Positions 29,266 through 39,260 of a stretch of DNA of 64,000 bases are shown piece by piece (the first letter of the stretch is position 1; every line of letters starts with the position of its first letter). The notes below the pieces were generated by a model. That model had not been told where the DNA came from. It made no database searches and was given only the letters and a program-made list of their open reading frames with translations. Source of the stretch: Verrucomicrobiota bacterium. GTDB taxonomy: Bacteria > Verrucomicrobiota > Verrucomicrobiia > Palsa-1439. The position numbers and the translations under genes are program-made. Where the stretch lies: contig PLZV01000037.1 in NCBI GenBank assembly GCA_003152315.1, positions 41,679-105,678 on the forward strand, written 5' to 3'.

Positions 29266-29479
29266 GGTGGCGTAAACAGGGGCGAGATCGCCCCTTGACT
29301 GGCTCTGTCCCCGTCAGCTCTGCCTCTCTGCCATGGGCAAGGCGCAAATGGCCATCCGCACCGGAAGGGCTGGCACGCTTTGTGGTCGTATTCTTGAAGC
29401 CGGAGGGCCAAATTCCGCGTCAAACCAAGGTACATCAATCAAGGACCAACGCGGCAACGCTTTTTGAGGCGTTTAGTAG

Positions 29480-29529
29480 TTGACAAGAGATCGGACCATG
29501 TGATAGGGGTAAGTGGTAAAGCGCTTCAA
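29480..29529 (+). promoter_or_regulatory. -35 box plus LacI-type operator
   Basis: TTGACA 29480-29485; tggtaaagcgcttcaa 29514-29529. Confidence 0.6.
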
Positions 29530-29585
29530 CTGATTTGGTAGCGTTGTGTGTAAAACCGGCGAGAGAAATTAGGAGCCCAAGTGTT

Positions 29586-31922
29586 ATGAAATCCACTTTT
29601 GCAATCTTCGTTGCGGCCTTGTTAGCAGTCCCCACCATCACGAAAGCCTTTAATATCGACGGCCTGCTGGACGCCCAATATGGGTCCGCGATTGTCACCC
29701 AACAACTCAATACATCAACCTCCGACAACACCGAGGGACTCATTGGCCAGGCGAACGGCACGGAGTTGGATGCCGCGTATGGCACCATCTCCAACGGCGT
29801 CTTGTATCTGTTTTTGGCGGGAAACCTGGATTCGGACGATGTCGCCGACAACATCACTTTTGACAAGCTCCATATCTTTTTCATGACGGGCCCCGGCGGA
29901 GATCACACACTCGGGACCAATTACAATGGAGCGGCTGATTACGGTCACCTGAACCGCATGGGCGTGGGTGGCAATGGCGACCCGAACGCGGTCGGCACCG
30001 CCGGACTGACGTTCGATACGGGTTTCGCACCGAATTATTGGATCGGCGTGGCCCTCGGCGGTTTCGGTGCGGCTCCGACAAATTACTACAACTACGAAGT
30101 CGTCTGCTCCAACTGCGCCGGCGCATTTCTGGGCCAAACATGCCCCAGCAATGGCCCACCGAATAACGTCTTGCTCGCTGTCTTGAATACTAACACGAGC
30201 ATTCTGGCCGCCATGTCTGACATTAACACCAACGGCGTCACGATCGACCCATCCGGATGCGGCGCAAGCGCTACGAGCCACCCAGAAAGCGTCACGACGG
30301 GCGTTGAATTGGCCATTCCGCTGGCCGCGATTGGCAGTCCGACCGGCCAGGTTTCCATTTGCGCGTTCGTCACGGATGATCAATATGTGACCATCTACAA
30401 TCAGGTTCTTGGCGCCATCACCAGCAACGTCTGCCAGGGCAGTTTTGGCGAGTCCAGCGCGGTGGATTTCAGCACGATTCCGGGCAAGCATTCTTTCACG
30501 TTCTCGGTACCTCCGTGCGCCGCCCTCCTGGTGGCTCCGTTGACCACTTCGTTCGATACGACCGGTGGCGTGGGTAGTGTGTCGGTGGCCGATGTGGGTG
30601 GCTGCTCGTGGACCGCGTCGAGCGGCGCGCCTTGGGTCACGATTACGGGAAGCCCGAGCGGCTCGGGCAATGGCACCTTCAACTATTCCGTCGCCTCTAA
30701 TACGACGGTTGACGCCCGCACTACATTTTTGACGATTGGCGGACTGGTCGCGACATCGACCGTGTTCATTACCGAAAGCGGGAAATTTCTTCCTCCATTC
30801 AGTAACATCATTATCGATGGCATCGCGGACGAGGCTTATGGCTGCCCGGTTGCTGTTCAGCAGATCGCCACGCAATTCGGCAACAACGTCCAGACGAACC
30901 TCCAGAATAATGCCGGTGGGTCCGAGCTTGATGCGGCGTACGGGCTCGTCAAGGACGGGGTGTTGTACCTGGTGTTCGCGGGAAATTTGGAGAACAACTT
31001 TAACCGGCTTGATATGTTCTTCATGACCGGTCCGGGCGGGCTGAACTCGCTCACCAACGTCAACCCGGGTGCTAATGGTGTGGATTTCAATCACCTGAAT
31101 AATCCCATGGGAGCGACGACCAATGGACACGGCCCCGGTCTTACCTTCGATCCCGGCTTTGCGCCGAATTACTTTATGGACGCAAACAATGGCGGGACTC
31201 CGTTCAAGCTCTACGTCGACTACGCCCAATTGTGGCCCGGCGGTACAAACAGCCTTGGTGTCGCAACCAACGGCTACCAGTTGGGTACGACCGGATCGAC
31301 CAATGGCACACTCTCGGGTGGTACAAATCCATTCGGCATTCAAGCCACGATCAACAACAGCAATACGAATGGTGTCGACGGCGGGACCTGCAACACCAAT
31401 GCGGCAGCCCTGCCGGAAGCCCCACTGGCGGCAACCGTCCGCAGCGGTTTTGAATTGGCGATCCCGCTGACTGCGCTCGGCAGTCCGACTGGTGCGATAG
31501 CCATCTGCGCGTTCATCAGCAGCGGGGACGACACGTTCCTGTCGAACCAAATCCTCGGCCCCGTCGGGAGCAATACTCCGACGGTGTTCTGCGAAGGCAA
31601 TTTGGGCGGTGTCACCAACACCGCCGCCATGAACCTCGGCAATTTCCCCGGCCAGCATTTCTTCCTCGTCGGTCCGGAGATGGCCGTTAAGAGCGTGACG
31701 GTTTCCAACAGCAACGCCACCGTCATCTACCAGACGGAAGCCAATACGAACCTGCTGTACCGGGTGGAGCGCGCGTCGGGTAACTACTCGACCAACTTGG
31801 TTTGGACGCCGCTCTCGAGTTTCTTCGCTGGCACTGGCGGGACTCTCACACAAATTGATAACAGTGTGACTTCCAAGACAAACGTGTACTATCGCGTCCG
31901 GCAGACTCCGAACTGCCAGTAA
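29586..31922 (+). CDS. Secreted protein: duplicated unknown (possibly glycan-binding) domain flanking a BACON-like domain, Verrucomicrobia-type C-terminus
   Basis: Two copies of 'IDG..D..YG...ELDAAYG...LYL..AGNL...FFMTGPGG...GLTFD.GFAPNY...ELAIPL.A.GSPTG'; 'CSWTASS..PWVTI..SGSGNGT' BACON; 'YYRVR' end. Confidence 0.85.
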   Translation: MKSTFAIFVAALLAVPTITKAFNIDGLLDAQYGSAIVTQQLNTSTSDNTEGLIGQANGTELDAAYGTISNGVLYLFLAGNLDSDDVADNITFDKLHIFFMTGPGGDHTLGTNYNGAADYGHLNRMGVGGNGDPNAVGTAGLTFDTGFAPNYWIGVALGGFGAAPTNYYNYEVVCSNCAGAFLGQTCPSNGPPNNVLLAVLNTNTSILAAMSDINTNGVTIDPSGCGASATSHPESVTTGVELAIPLAAIGSPTGQVSICAFVTDDQYVTIYNQVLGAITSNVCQGSFGESSAVDFSTIPGKHSFTFSVPPCAALLVAPLTTSFDTTGGVGSVSVADVGGCSWTASSGAPWVTITGSPSGSGNGTFNYSVASNTTVDARTTFLTIGGLVATSTVFITESGKFLPPFSNIIIDGIADEAYGCPVAVQQIATQFGNNVQTNLQNNAGGSELDAAYGLVKDGVLYLVFAGNLENNFNRLDMFFMTGPGGLNSLTNVNPGANGVDFNHLNNPMGATTNGHGPGLTFDPGFAPNYFMDANNGGTPFKLYVDYAQLWPGGTNSLGVATNGYQLGTTGSTNGTLSGGTNPFGIQATINNSNTNGVDGGTCNTNAAALPEAPLAATVRSGFELAIPLTALGSPTGAIAICAFISSGDDTFLSNQILGPVGSNTPTVFCEGNLGGVTNTAAMNLGNFPGQHFFLVGPEMAVKSVTVSNSNATVIYQTEANTNLLYRVERASGNYSTNLVWTPLSSFFAGTGGTLTQIDNSVTSKTNVYYRVRQTPNCQ

Positions 31923-32215
31923 GTTCACGCGTTTCGCTAGAGAATGGTCGATTGGATTAGATCGAGCGCCCGGCCGTAAGAATGGGCCGATCGGCTGCGT
32001 TGTTCACAACTCAGTGAACGAGAACTCAGTGAGTTGAGAGCCTGGTAGGTCACGGTTGGGCTGAAAGAGAATCCGCAACGGACGTTCTTGCGGATCACCC
32101 GAGAGATTGAGGGTCGCCGTAACGTAATCGTTGTTCCCACAACTGATCTTGAGCTGTGTCGCGGTATACGGAACGCGGTGATTGAGTTCAACAAGACCCT
32201 TACAACAACAATAAT

Positions 32216-32419
32216 ATGCCGATGACCGGAAACCGTAACATTCGTACTCAGTCAGTGAAGAGAAACCAAAACGCCGCCAGTGCGCCGAATGTTATCGGCT
32301 CCTCCAGTACAACCATCAACGCACCGACACGACGACCGATGTCCGCCAAGCACCGGCAGAACTTATCCAAGTCCATGAAAGAATGGGCCAGGAGAAGGAA
32401 AGCGCAAGCGGGTCAGTAG
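32216..32419 (+). CDS. Possible small basic protein
   Basis: C-terminal 'RRPMSAKHRQNLSKSMKEWARRRK' resembles small basic nucleic-acid-binding motifs; short ORF only. Confidence 0.35.
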   Translation: MPMTGNRNIRTQSVKRNQNAASAPNVIGSSSTTINAPTRRPMSAKHRQNLSKSMKEWARRRKAQAGQ

Positions 32420-32850
32420 ACCCGCTTGGTTGGAACGCCCTGGACTCCGGGCCGCGTTGCAAGGGATCCGGTCTGGCTGCTGCGCCAACAATTCTGGTGG
32501 GCTGAGAAGCCCGAAATTACTGGACTTTCGGGCGCTGCTTTGGTCTAACTCCTCTGTTGGAGAGGTAACGAGGCTGGCGTCTCGAAGCGTTCGCTCCTTC
32601 TACCTTTCCAGAGTCGCAGGGCACACTGATGTTCAACGCATCGCGCGGGTCGCACCGAGCAGCGGTTCAGCAGGATCGTGTTCTACCGTTATTCTCACTT
32701 GTCGGGATCAAATTCACTACCGCAACACCGGGGTTCTGCCAGCCTCCCGCAGGCACCGGGATATGGCGGCGAGATGCCCGGACAGCGCGGCCAGGGACAA
32801 GGTCGCCACATGCTCCGCGTCCCTTACGGAAGCAAGGAGCAACAGAAAGA

Positions 32851-35800
32851 GTGAGGAAACACCTCCTGACAACCTTCCGCATTCTCGGTGTCATGGTCCT
32901 GGTAATTCTCGCTGGCCGACCTGACAGCGCCAACGCGCAAGTGGTGACGACCGTGATTCACCGATTTAGGGGCGACAGTGATGGCGGCTACCCATTCGGG
33001 CAGGTTGTCCGTGACACCTACGGCAATCTTTACGGGACCACCTCGACGGGGGGGGACGAACATTTGTTTCGATGGTGGCTGCAGTTCGGATTTTGGAACG
33101 GTCTTCCAGATCAACTACGCGGGTACATTTGCGACGCTCCACCGCTTCAGCGGGCAGGATGGCCAGAACCCATACACGGGCCTCGTCCAGGGTCAGGACG
33201 GCAATTTCTACGGCATGACCTTCTCGGGCGGGACGAACGGCTCGGGGACGGTGTTCCAGATCACCTCGTCCGGCGCGCTCACGAAGCTGCATGACTTTAC
33301 CGACACCCCGGAAGGGGCCAACCCCCGAGACCGGCTGTACCAGGATGCGGACGGCAACTTCTACGGGACAACCGTGCACGGAGGCACCAACGACCTCGGC
33401 ACCGTCTTTCAAATGACCTCGGCGGGCACGGTTACGACGGTGTATCAATTCAACGGCGTCACTGACGGCTACAGACCCTTTGCGGGACTTGCTCTGGGCA
33501 GCGACGGCAATTTCTACGGGACGACCCAGGAAGGAAGGGGGAGCACAAATTGCAACGGCGGCTGCGGCACCGTGTTTGTCCTCAATCTCAACCCGGGCAT
33601 GATAGCGGTGAGTTCGATTACTGGTTTGGGCTCGAGTGGTGTGGCGTCCGGACCGTTCGCTCCTGCGAGCCAGGTCTACACAGTAACCAATACCGGCACG
33701 TTGAGCCTGAACTGGTCGGCGAGCAATGGCCAGAACTGGGTGAGTCTGAGTGCCACCAACGGATCGTTGCCGGGCAATGAGAGTACGAACGTGACGGTCA
33801 GTATCAACAGCGCAGCCAACACGCTGGACGCGGGCAGTTACAGTGACACAGTGACGTTCAACAACGATACCGACGGCAACGGAACCACCTATCGGACCGT
33901 GAGCCTGATGGTCTTGGGGACACGCATTATATCCATCCAGCGCAGCGGCGACGACATGGTCCTCAACATTTCGACGTTGGCAAACGAGTGGTATTGCGTG
34001 GAGTTCACCGACGATCTGGTTACCGGAACATGGGGCGTGCTGGCCGGCAACGTTCAAGGCACGGGAGACATCATGCAGTTCGTGGATGCCGGGCGCGCGA
34101 TTCTCTCGCAAGGATTCTACCGTCTGCGGCTTGCACCATCGGCAGACGATGCCTGCGGTGGCATTTGTCCGACATTTATTCAACCCCCGCCCGGTTCAGC
34201 GTTCATCAACCCGCTCAAGACCGCATTCACACAGACAGCGACCGGATTGTACGGGAAAATCGTGGTTCCAGTTGCCAATGCCCTCCTGCGTTCAGACATT
34301 CCGATTTACGGCGTGGCCGGCGGCAGGAATTTCCGGAAGTTCCGCGTCGAATACGGTCCGGGACGAAATCCCACGGAGTGGCATCCGCTGGCCTCTTCCA
34401 ACAAGCCACAGATCTCTTGTCCTGAGTTCAAGGACATCTCGTGGATGCAAGGGGACCTGGATTTGCGCGGAAACTTGGCGACCTGGAACACCGGTCTGAA
34501 GAACTGGGAACACCTGCCGTGGCATCCCGCTGACGATCCGACCGATTTCAACGGGGTTTACACCATTCGGCTGGTCGTCGAGGGCGAAGACGGCAAGACT
34601 GTGGAAGACAGGGTCACTTGCGAGGTGGGGCGCGCCATTGCGCAGTGCCTGCCGGGGATCGCAATCAGCCCGGACAAGCGGGCGGTGATGCGATTCCCGG
34701 AACAATCCCTGATGCATCCATTCCGGGTCTATACGATTTTGCCGTTGTCCTCGGTGGGCGAAGAGACTCCCCTTGCGCCGCCTGGAAGCGAGTATCTCGG
34801 GCCTGTTTACCGGATTCGTGAGCCCGGCGACAAGTTCATCAAGGATGTGGCGCTGGAGTTTACGCCAGCGTCCTCCGAGTTGGAAACGAGGCAACTTGAT
34901 CGAATCGGAGTTGGCCAATATGATACTGAGGCCAAGAAATGGGTCTGGCTTAATATGACTCGGACGACGGATGGCGCAAAGTTCCGTACCGTATTGACTG
35001 AATTGCCGACACCCCAAGCGATCTACGCCCTGTTGGTTGATGCCACAGAGTCCCGCTCGATGGTAACCAATGAGGCTGGTGTTGCCGTGGCAGAAATCAA
35101 ACCGGTCAGCGCGAGTGTTTTGGTGGAAAACACGTTCCAACATGACCTGGGAACGTTCAAATCCCGGGACCGCATCGTCGGTGTAAGCTTGTCACGGGCG
35201 AAGCGAAATGACAAAGACATTTCTTTCTGCATCCAACTTCGTAATGATTATTCCGGTGGGAACTCCTCTTGCACAGTTCTTGATCGGTCGTTCGATGTCC
35301 GCCAGTACCCGGTGATGTCGTTCGATTACCGGGTCGGTCCGGATTTCAACACCGACTTCTTCTTGAAAGTGAACGGACGTTGGTACGATCTCCAGTTTAC
35401 CGGTGAGGCGACGGATTATCATGATCGGGACGTAAACATCGGTAACTTGGGCAAAATCGAGGGAGTTGTGACCGATGGTCAGTGGCATTCGGTCACCGTT
35501 GACCTCGAACGGATGTTGCGTCAGAAGACCGGGCATACCCGGATCGAGGAAATCGCGTTGGGTAACTGGAAGGTCGGCGGATACATGAAACTGGAGTTTG
35601 GGCAGAACCCGCAGGGAGCAATGCTTTGGCTCGACAGCTTCAAGATCCACAACCCGCGCCCCGGGACGGAACAGACCGCCGCCCCACCTGTTCTGTGGAT
35701 CGACCGGTTTGACAGCAACCGAGCCCTGAATGACTTGGGGCAGAACTCCGGGGTTTTCTCAAGTTCTGGGCCGAGTCGTTGTGTTGTGAAACGGGTCTCA

Positions 35801-36736
35801 GACGGCAACCCCAACGCACAAGCACTCCAAGTCGATTACGAAGTCCCGGTTCCAGGGGCCTACGGTGGCTATTGGACTCTGTTGGGAGATTTGGATGGCC
35901 ACAACTACCGGGCATTGCGCGCTTGACCTGAAATGCGATGCTGGACGGTTGCCTCCGACTGCGCTCATCAGTTTGGCCGATACTCGCGGAGGGGAGGGGA
36001 AACTCCGCCTCGACAGGTACCTGAGGACGACGAATACTGACGGATGGTTCGCCGTGAATATCCCGCTGGTCGCGTTCGCCGGTTCGGTTGACCTTGAACA
36101 TCTTAAGGCACTCGCGCTGGGCTTCCAGAACTCCGCCGTGCTGAATCGTGGCCGAGTCTATGTGGATAACATCCGGTTGGAAGCCGGAACACCTTCACGC
36201 CTTCTGGTTGATGATTTTGAGGTAAACATCCAACGTGGTGATCACGCGAGGGCTGTAGGCATTCACGAGTTTGAGAATCTCCTGAATCAAAGGACGTACG
36301 AATTCGCCAATGGTGCTGCCGCGATACGCATGGATATTGATCAGAACCGACAAATGGATGACGGTGGCCGATCGCTTATTCTCTCCTACGGGGGAAGCAT
36401 TGGGTTGGACCTGAAAGAAGCTGGCTTTAGTTTTTCCGGATGGCACACGGGACTGGCGGGTATAAACGTGTCACCGTATACGTTAATGAAACTGAGGGTC
36501 AGGGGGAAAAGGGTGGCGAAACTCCACGGGTATATCTGAGTGATGGGACGCGCCGGAAGGGCGTTGCACTGGCAACGTACACCACTGTCGGGACCGACTG
36601 GAAAGAAGTGAAGATTCCCCTCGCGGATTTCGCAGACAAGGGAATAGACCTGACCCATCTCGAAGGTTTGGAAGTCATTTTTGAATGGGCGGCAATGTCT
36701 GGAACGATCTGGCTGGACGACATTGCCTTCGAATAA
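32851..36736 (+). pseudogene. Frameshifted (~1290 aa if repaired) secreted protein: choice-of-anchor/GloVer-type repeats + BACON-like + carbohydrate-binding-like domains
   Basis: GTG 32851 with AAGGAG RBS and signal peptide; 'DGNFYGTT..GG...GTVF' repeats continue across frames at G8 (33048-33055); further shifts at ~35920 and in G5 at 36502-36506 restore 'KLRVRGEKGGETPRVYLSD'. Confidence 0.75.
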
Positions 36737-36780
36737 TCGGGGTCGCAGATCGCCATTGGAATGAAAGGCACTTAGCGTTT

Positions 36781-38361
36781 ATGCACGTAGAACAGAGCCG
36801 GCGGGACCAGGGATGGCTCTATGTCTCAGCAGTCGTCGGCTTGTCCGTCCTGATGACGGCATGGTTGGCGAGCATGATCCGGTGGGGAGAGTCAAATCGC
36901 GTGATTGCCACCATTTGGACCCTGGGTTTTTTCTGCATTGTTCTTAACCTGAGCTACAACTTCGTGATCACGTTGTGTTCGTTCTTTGTCAAACCGAAGT
37001 CGGTGCCGGAAGCCGCATTGTCCGAAGTGCCAGTTACGGCAATTCTCTACGTTGTGAAGAACGAGGAAGCGGGCCTTTTGAAGCTGATGGAGGAAACGTT
37101 TGCAGGCAATTCTGCTGAGAATGTCGATCTTTGGCTGATCTCCAACTCGGACAGTGCTCAACACAGGGAGCAAGAACGACTGATGGTCAGTTCCTTGAAA
37201 AGGCGATTCGGAGAGCAATGTGTTCACTACTATGTTCCCCCGAATAACCCAACCGGCAGAAAGCACCTGGCCCTTCAGAAGTGGAGTATAGATCATCAAG
37301 AATACCGTTACATCATGGTGTGTGATGCGGACACGGTTCTGCATTCGGGTATGCTCCTCAAGCTGATAGCGAAGGCGGAACACCCGCTCAACAAAGATAT
37401 AATGTTGTTCCAGAATCACATGGAGATGAGAAGGTCGGTCACGAGGTTTGCCAGATTCATTGAACCCGGGCAAAACCTGGTTGAAAGGGCCTTCCGGCGG
37501 GTAAATTCACACGTATTTGGACGGTCGCCTTATTATGGCCACAGCGCTTTAATTCGACGCAAAGAGTTCGCAGAACTGGTGGTGCCAGATTACGCACTCA
37601 GCCATGACCTATGGGAAACGGCTGCTATTGACCTTGCCAGGACCAGGGCTGTTCTATGCGAAGATGCGACAAGTGAGGAAATGCTCCCGGTAAATTACCT
37701 GGAGGATCGCGCTCGGACCCGCCGGTGGATTTTGGGCACCTTGGAGGCGACACCGCTTTTGTTCAAGCGTGGATTATCACTGGGAACGCGGTTTTATTTG
37801 TTTCTTCCGCTCTGCATGTATTATGTGCAGCCGGTTTTCCTGTGCTGGATTCTGCTGGGGCTTTTGGCGCACAATTCAATTTCGGGCTCCGCCATTGCTG
37901 TGCAACCCTTGTTCATTGGCGGCGCGACCGGTTTGGACTTGGAAATGGGGGGCATGTGCCTGGCAACGCTTTCCGTTGTCTGGCTCTATCGACTACCGTT
38001 TGCGCGCAGCGTTCCCGAATTCTTCGCCCTGGCCCGTGAAATCCTCTTGGGGACAGGGGTGATCGTCAACAACATCCTTTATGTGAGTTGGTACGTCGTC
38101 GCCAGCCCTTGGTCCCAGAGAGGGTGGAGACCCATGAAGAAGCAGGAGGTGGAAGACATATCGTTCCGTGTCTGCTGGAAGGGCATGTTGCCCAGCACTC
38201 TGATAGGAGGGGCCCTGTTAGCCGTTGGCGTATGCGTCGCTCCGGCGTGGAGTTTGCTTGCCAGCCCGATTCTCGTGAGCTTCTTACTGGGCAGTGTGGC
38301 GGTTTACTGGACCTCCAAGTCTGCGTTGACGCCGCAGGCCATTGTCCCGTTGTCGCCATGA
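36781..38361 (+). CDS. mdoH: GT2 glucan biosynthesis glucosyltransferase, MdoH/OpgH-like
   Basis: N-terminal TMs; 'MVCDAD', 'YYGHSALIR', 'LSHD..E', 'R..RW..G', C-terminal TMs; shorter than enterobacterial MdoH. Confidence 0.75.
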   Translation: MHVEQSRRDQGWLYVSAVVGLSVLMTAWLASMIRWGESNRVIATIWTLGFFCIVLNLSYNFVITLCSFFVKPKSVPEAALSEVPVTAILYVVKNEEAGLLKLMEETFAGNSAENVDLWLISNSDSAQHREQERLMVSSLKRRFGEQCVHYYVPPNNPTGRKHLALQKWSIDHQEYRYIMVCDADTVLHSGMLLKLIAKAEHPLNKDIMLFQNHMEMRRSVTRFARFIEPGQNLVERAFRRVNSHVFGRSPYYGHSALIRRKEFAELVVPDYALSHDLWETAAIDLARTRAVLCEDATSEEMLPVNYLEDRARTRRWILGTLEATPLLFKRGLSLGTRFYLFLPLCMYYVQPVFLCWILLGLLAHNSISGSAIAVQPLFIGGATGLDLEMGGMCLATLSVVWLYRLPFARSVPEFFALAREILLGTGVIVNNILYVSWYVVASPWSQRGWRPMKKQEVEDISFRVCWKGMLPSTLIGGALLAVGVCVAPAWSLLASPILVSFLLGSVAVYWTSKSALTPQAIVPLSP

Positions 38362-38882
38362 CGAAATCGACTGCCGCAGTCGTGAGGACTCAACGGCAAC
38401 GACATGGCACAAAAACCGCATCCACGAATCGGTAAACCAACCGGCAGCTGCGCTCTTCCTCATCTTCCGTCAGCTTGGACGGCCCCGCGACCACCGCGTG
38501 CGGCTGGCCGTAGCTGGTTTAAACGCTGTCTAGCGATTGGTAATGCCAAGCAGCGCGGCTCAGTTCCCAATGCTTCTTTGCCACCGCTCCCAGTACCGGT
38601 CGGCGATAATGGGCACGGATGACCTCAACGCTATTGCCCATCAGTTCAGCGACCGTTTTATCTGTTTACCGTGACGCTTGACTAGGGCATAGTACATGCT
38701 CGAAGGATGCAACCGATACAGGCATTCAGCAACTCGGTTTAATGACAGGCCTTGTCTCATGGTGTGGAGAACTCAATATGGCTCCCGTGGGACACTAAAT
38801 TCTACCGGCTTACGAAAAAGGGTTACATCACAAAGTTTGCGCAGTTTTATTTTGCCTCTAAGCTATTAGAAGCGCATCAATT

Positions 38883-38964
38883 GCGGACGTGGCGGAATTG
38901 GCAGACGCGCAGGTCTTAGGAGCCTGTGGAGAAATCCGTGTGGGTTCGAGTCCCTCCGTCCGCA
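38883..38964 (+). tRNA. tRNA-Leu(TAG)
   Basis: gcggacg acceptor/cgtccgc, D-loop tggcagac, anticodon arm caggt-ctTAGga-gcctg, long variable arm, gttcgagtc; CCA not encoded. Confidence 0.95.
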
Positions 38965-39151
38965 CTCTCCTTCGCTTTTCGGGCTACGCGAGTGAGCGGG
39001 AAGTGCCACAATAGAGAAGCGCGTTCGTTGTTTCTCTCAGGAACAGCCTCGAAGATCTTACACAGCGTGCCGCGGAACGCAATTGCCCGGTCGATTTTGG
39101 GTCTTGCAGTCGGTTGGGGATTTGCTATTTTCTCACTTGTCTCCAACGGAA

Positions 39152-39228
39152 GCGAGCGTAGCTCAGTCTGGTAGAGCGTCACGTTGCCAACGTGAATGTC
39201 GAGGGTTCAAATCCCTTCGCTCGCTCCA
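39152..39228 (+). tRNA. tRNA-Gly(GCC)
   Basis: gcgagcg/cgctcgc acceptor, anticodon arm tcacg-ttGCCaa-cgtga, gttcaaatc, encoded CCA. Confidence 0.95.
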
Positions 39229-39260
39229 TTTTCATCTGTTTGTCAGCAAGGGAGGTCAGC

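Noticed and set aside
29715-31928. 737-aa minus-strand ORF
   Set aside because: Antisense shadow of the well-supported plus-strand secreted protein; no motifs
32629-33294. Independent 221-aa gene
   Set aside because: Only 32851-33050 is coding-like; it is the frameshifted 5' end of the downstream gene
38883-39228. tRNAs as integration sites for the upstream region
   Set aside because: I found no duplicated tRNA 3' end and no adjacent integrase
39192-39260. Longer start for the DUF2339 gene
   Set aside because: Lies inside tRNA-Gly; ATG 39261 has a strong GGAGG RBS
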